Source of the DNA: Planctomycetota bacterium
GTDB taxonomy: Bacteria > Planctomycetota > UBA11346
DNA: 48,416 nt
NCBI GenBank assembly: GCA_043788625.1
Contig: JAYVTR010000246.1
Location: 1 to 48,416, forward strand
Direction: 5' to 3'
The position numbers and the translations under genes were made by a program. The notes under the pieces are model-generated. The model was not told the origin of the DNA, did not search any database, and saw only the letters and a program-made list of their open reading frames with translations. Positions 44,796 to 48,416 of this stretch are shown here, piece after piece (position 1 is the first letter of the stretch; each line of letters starts with the position of its first letter).

Positions 44796-45036
44796 GGAGC
44801 TTTCTTTTCATCAGCGCAAGAACGATCTTTGGCTCAAGCGCCAGAGCTACCAAGACAGTCAAAAGCCATTGAACAATTTTTACGATCGACGTGGTTCGAC
44901 GAAGGTCAGTTGGTCGACCTCATCTTGATCTGTCCTGGGATTTGATCGATTCTGCAGCCCCATCCCTACATCGCCAATCACTGCGCCGCAGTTGAAGATT
45001 CTCACCGCAGACATTGGCAATGACGGTCTCCTAACC

Positions 45037-45702
45037 TCACTGCCAATCCATCGCCCACCAATAGTACGCGTTGTTGGGATCCCTGTACCAATTGGTCCAC
45101 GTCCCGCTGCTGCCGCGCCAGGTCACGTGCCCGTCGCCGTAGACCTCATTCATTCCCGACGGGGCGCCATTGGCGCTGTGGTTCCACACCAAGTTGATCG
45201 CGCGGCCGGAGTCGAGTGTGGCGTAGAAGTCCGAGCCGACGATGGTGTTCACCGAGGGCTGCGGGGTGTATGACGGCACCGGCACCATGAAGGAGGTATT
45301 CCTGCACCACGGCATCAGGCCATAGGTCATGCAGTACGCCGAGAGGCCGGCATTCGGCCAGTTATTGGCGGCCGAGCGTTTCTGCGCATTAGCTGGACAA
45401 TAGAAGATCGAGATCGCGCCGCTGGCGTAGTCGGAGAAGATCCCGGGCAGGACCGGAGCGACGGTGCCGGCCAGTACGTGCGGGTACACCCCGGGGGTGA
45501 GACCTTCTGACGCGGGAAACTGCCCGTAATCGTTGGTATAGGCCATCACCACCGTGCCGACCTGCCGCAGGTTGCTGGCGCATTGCGTACGCTTCGCCTG
45601 GTTACGCACCATGCCGACCGTGGGCATCAATATCGCCAGCAGGATCATCAGAATCGTGATCACGACCAGCAACTCGAACAAGGTGAAGGCGTGGCGCTTC
45701 AT
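45037..45702 (-). CDS. Prepilin-type N-terminal cleavage/methylation domain protein, DUF1559 (H-X9-DG) family
   Basis: 'MKRHAFTLFELLVVITILMILLAIL' leader plus helix. 'CASNLRQVG.....Y.ND' and the C-terminal 'NEVYGDGHVTW' are also present. ATG at 45702; the upstream ORF extension to 46095 is Arg/Gly/Pro-rich and looks non-coding. Confidence 0.85.
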   Translation of the reverse strand: MKRHAFTLFELLVVITILMILLAILMPTVGMVRNQAKRTQCASNLRQVGTVVMAYTNDYGQFPASEGLTPGVYPHVLAGTVAPVLPGIFSDYASGAISIFYCPANAQKRSAANNWPNAGLSAYCMTYGLMPWCRNTSFMVPVPSYTPQPSVNTIVGSDFYATLDSGRAINLVWNHSANGAPSGMNEVYGDGHVTWRGSSGTWTNWYRDPNNAYYWWAMDWQ

Positions 45703-46356
45703 GCCGCCGCGCGCCGCGGAGCCGGTACGGCCACCGCCGATGCGCCCCCGACGACCTGCCGCGGAGGAGCCGTTTGCCGGCGGGCCTGGAAGAATGCGAG
45801 ATACATATCGGCATTGTACCATACGGCCGCCGCCTGTGCCATGACAGCCCGGCTTCTTCTGCCTATTGATGAAATATCCTGCGCATGGCCGAGTTGCGCG
45901 TCGACGTCGTGATCGCATAAATGAGCCAGCCGCCGGCCACCGGGCGAGCGGGTTCGACGGTGCCGTATTTACTAATGACGTAATAAATGCTCTCGGGCGA
46001 GCTAAGGGTCGAGCGCGGGCACCGCCGTTGGGAGGTCGTAACTGGCGGGAAGCGGGCGGGGAAGGGGGCTCATCAGGCCCGCGCATGGGCACCACCGTGC
46101 ATGGCGAACGCGATGGACTGGTGCTTGCCCGCGTCCGCCACCTGCTCGCTGATTCAGCGCGTAATCTCGCCGGCCTCGCGCAAGACGTGCGGGCGAGCTG
46201 AACCAGCCACTACGTGCGCGGGTTCAGCTGCCATGCCGGGCATACCCGGGGATGGAGTCCACCGCAGGGGTGATGAGGGCCGGTTGGGATCCGGCCTATG
46301 GGTGTGCGCAGTGGGGATTATCCTCGCGGCACGCGCCCCTAACCTTCGAGAACATC

Positions 46357-46790
46357 ATGCCCAAGCTGCGTGTTGAAAGTTTCACCATCTCGCTGATGGA
46401 TTCGGCGCCGGCCCGGATCAGGACCTCGACAACCCACTCGGCGTGGGCGGGACCTTGCTGCATAGCTGGGCCTTTTCGACGCGGACGTTTCAGAAGCATC
46501 TGTTCGGTAGCGATGGCGGAGCAACGGGCATCGATGAGGACTTTGCCGCACGCGGTTTTCACAAGCTCGGCGCTGGCAACTCATGTGATCATCACCCGGC
46601 AATAAGCGGTGGTATGGATCTCTGCCGTCGCACCCGTTGAGCTTCTAGGGCATAGACCAGTGACCAGTCGCGGATTTTCGAGCTTCGAACTCGCAACTTC
46701 GCATCTGGTCCTGATCGCTTCTCAGTCGCTCCCCCGCTCTCTTCATTGCCTGCTCGGTAAAACACCCAGCAGCAGGAATCGGGGGGCGAT
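46357..46790 (+). pseudogene. Frameshifted, internally deleted dihydrofolate reductase-family (RibD C-terminal domain, YwjB/YyaP-like) gene
   Basis: 'MPKLRVESFTISL' continues in the +1 frame as 'DGFGAGPDQDLDNPLGVGGTLLHSWAFSTRTFQKHLFGSDGGATGIDEDF', consistent with loss of one G near 46394-46396. The later part ('...CDHHPAI...') is truncated and shifts frame again. The 3' limit is approximate. Confidence 0.55.
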
Positions 46791-46822
46791 GCTCTCATTC
46801 ATTTTCATGTGCTTTTGTGGAT

Positions 46823-47062
46823 TCTCATCGATTTTGAATAAATCTCATCGATTTTAAAGTGGCCAGTTTGAGATTGAAGGCAGCTGGGCTTCATCTGTTT
46901 TAAATAAATATTTGTCATTTGCACTTGTTTTCAATAAAGTGCATCAATGCTTAAATCCATAGTCAAACGGCTTGGAATAAAGCAAATCATTGCAATACAT
47001 ATGATTACGAGTAAATTTCGACGACTGCAGCTATCATATAACCACGACGTCGCATCGATTTT
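46823..47062 (+). promoter_or_regulatory. AT-rich leader upstream of the Fic gene containing three CATCGATTTT sites
   Basis: TCTCATCGATTTT occurs at 46823-46835 and 46843-46855, exactly 20 nt apart. A third CATCGATTTT lies at 47053-47062, 31 nt upstream of the Fic ATG. The region is clearly AT-rich by eye. Confidence 0.4.
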
Positions 47063-47092
47063 CAAAGCCGTCAGACCATGACGGAGGCATCT

Positions 47093-48416
47093 ATGCGGCT
47101 TCTCGGTTATGCCGCCCTCATCCAGCGCTTTGATCTGCGGGTGATGCCTCATTGGCATGCCTCATTTGCGACCAGTGGCGTTCGCCGCCATGAAGCGGTC
47201 GATGGGGTGGTCAAAGAGCACTATCCGATTTCCTACGACCCGGGCGATGACCTGGGCGATCAGTTGGAATTCGCGCTCAAGTATGATGGGGTTAACCTGG
47301 CGGTCTTGAGCCAGGTGTTCATGCGTATGGGCGACGAAGCCATCCGGCAACTCATCCTGGCCAAGCCGACGGGCATCTATCGGCGGCGGCTGTGGTACTA
47401 CGCTGAGCTCCTCGTGGGCCGGCAGCTGGACCTGCCGGATACCGCCGCCGGTAGCTACACCACCCTGCTCGATCCTGAGCAATATCTGGTGGCGACACCG
47501 CGCTACAGCCGGCGTCATCGGGTAGTCGACAATCTCTTGGGCGATGCGCGTTTCTGTCCGCTGGTGCGGCGGACGAAAACCCTGGATGGCTTTGCGGGCT
47601 TGCAGTTGCAGGCGGCGATTGCGGCTGCGGTTGGCGCAGTTGATCCGCATCTGCTGCGTCGCGCGGTGAGCTGGCTGTACAGCAAAGAGACCATGTCCTC
47701 ATTTGCGATCGAGCGCGAGACGCCCTCGGCCTCGCGAGCCGAACGCTTTATGGAGGCCCTGCGTCAAGCCGGCGGAAAAGACGATCTGAACCACCAGGCA
47801 TTGGTCGCGCTGCAGAATGCCATCGTCGATCCCCGCTTTGCCGATCCCGGATACCGGACCTCGCAGAATTACGTCGGCTCGCTTCCCGATCTGAGTCGCC
47901 AAGTGGTGCACTACATCAGTCCCAAGCCCGATGATGTCCCGGCGATGATGGAGGGTCTTTTCGCATGTGTGCGGCGCAGCTGCACCCACGACGCCGTCAT
48001 CGATCCGGTGGCTGCGGCTGCCGCCGTGGCTTTCGGCTTCGTCTTCATCCATCCCTTCGAAGACGGCAATGGCCGGCTCCATCGTTACCTGATCCACCAC
48101 GTGCTGGCCCGGCGGGGCTTCACTCCGCCGGATCTGGTGATGCCGGTCTCGGCAGCCATCCTCGCCGACTTGGCTGCCTACGACCGCTGCCTCGAACGTT
48201 TCTCCAAGCCCATCATGCGCTTGGTCGATTTCAAACTCGACGACCACGGACACATGACCGTGGCGCAGGAAACCAAGGATCTGTACCGCTATCCGGATCT
48301 GACGGTGATGGCGGAGTACCTCTACGGCTGCGTTGAGACCAGCATCCGCAAAGACCTGGTCGACGAGTTGAATTTCCTGGTGCGTTACGACCGGACGAAA
48401 ACCGCGATTCAGGCCC
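47093..48416 (+). CDS. Fic family protein (3' end outside window)
   Basis: Frame 2 is open from ATG 47093 (GGAGG 7 nt upstream) to the window end. The canonical Fic motif 'HPFEDGNGRLHR' lies at about 48050-48085. The N-terminal 'MSSFAIERE' resembles the Fic_N inhibitory-helix region. This ORF is not in the supplied track because it has no stop in the window. Confidence 0.85.
   Translation, partial: MRLLGYAALIQRFDLRVMPHWHASFATSGVRRHEAVDGVVKEHYPISYDPGDDLGDQLEFALKYDGVNLAVLSQVFMRMGDEAIRQLILAKPTGIYRRRLWYYAELLVGRQLDLPDTAAGSYTTLLDPEQYLVATPRYSRRHRVVDNLLGDARFCPLVRRTKTLDGFAGLQLQAAIAAAVGAVDPHLLRRAVSWLYSKETMSSFAIERETPSASRAERFMEALRQAGGKDDLNHQALVALQNAIVDPRFADPGYRTSQNYVGSLPDLSRQVVHYISPKPDDVPAMMEGLFACVRRSCTHDAVIDPVAAAAAVAFGFVFIHPFEDGNGRLHRYLIHHVLARRGFTPPDLVMPVSAAILADLAAYDRCLERFSKPIMRLVDFKLDDHGHMTVAQETKDLYRYPDLTVMAEYLYGCVETSIRKDLVDELNFLVRYDRTKTAIQA

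Noticed and set aside
45703-46095. N-terminal extension of the second DUF1559 ORF ('MVPMRGPDEPPSPPASRQ...').
   Set aside because: Prepilin-type leaders are short. The canonical 'MKRHAFTLFELL' begins at 45702, and the extension is Arg/Gly/Pro-rich, typical of non-coding GC-rich sequence.
1-48416. Scan for tRNA/rRNA/tmRNA signatures (GGTTCGAATCC-type T-arms), CRISPR-like regularly spaced repeats, and transposase, integrase or recombinase ORFs.
   Set aside because: None was found. The only GGTTCGA matches (about 7993 and about 44891) lack surrounding cloverleaf complementarity. No regularly spaced 25-40-nt repeats and no DDE/tyrosine/serine recombinase motifs were seen in any ORF.

Overview
High-GC (about 62-67% in hand-counted 60-nt samples) bacterial chromosomal window. 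Two prepilin-type DUF1559 (H-X9-DG) proteins suggest the PVC superphylum (Verrucomicrobiota or Planctomycetota); this is an inference only. Most of the window is core or housekeeping: a DnaE-type polymerase C-terminus, panD, a stand-alone EF-G, thiD, serS and a long-form PurF-like amidophosphoribosyltransferase. It also holds a MoxR-DUF58-transglutaminase operon and a glycan-utilisation block with a GH2 beta-mannosidase, two AraC regulators, GH127 and a GH20 fusion. The outstanding feature is a low-GC island (about 42-43% GC in samples) at roughly 13.8-22.25 kb. It carries one tightly translationally coupled 7-gene operon at 14929-22206: AsnB-like amidotransferase, free-standing carrier protein, WbuX-type PP-loop amidotransferase, DUF1330, a P-loop NTPase fused to an unassigned domain, an MFS transporter and an OprO/P-like porin. 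This looks like an orphan, horizontally acquired small-molecule or conjugate biosynthesis and export system with no PKS, NRPS, glycosyltransferase or mobility genes. Other notable items are two unusual gene fusions (GH20 hexosaminidase + sugar nucleotidyltransferase; GluQRS + minimal MnmE-like GTPase). Three copies of a DUF486 gene (intact, pseudogene, fragment) bracket cargo genes in an accessory mosaic at 41.7-47.1 kb, which also holds a frameshifted DHFR-family pseudogene. A Fic protein lies behind an AT-rich repeat-bearing leader, and there are several short tandem repeats. No rRNA, tRNA, CRISPR array, transposase or integrase was recognised. All family calls come from motif recognition by eye, not from database searches.
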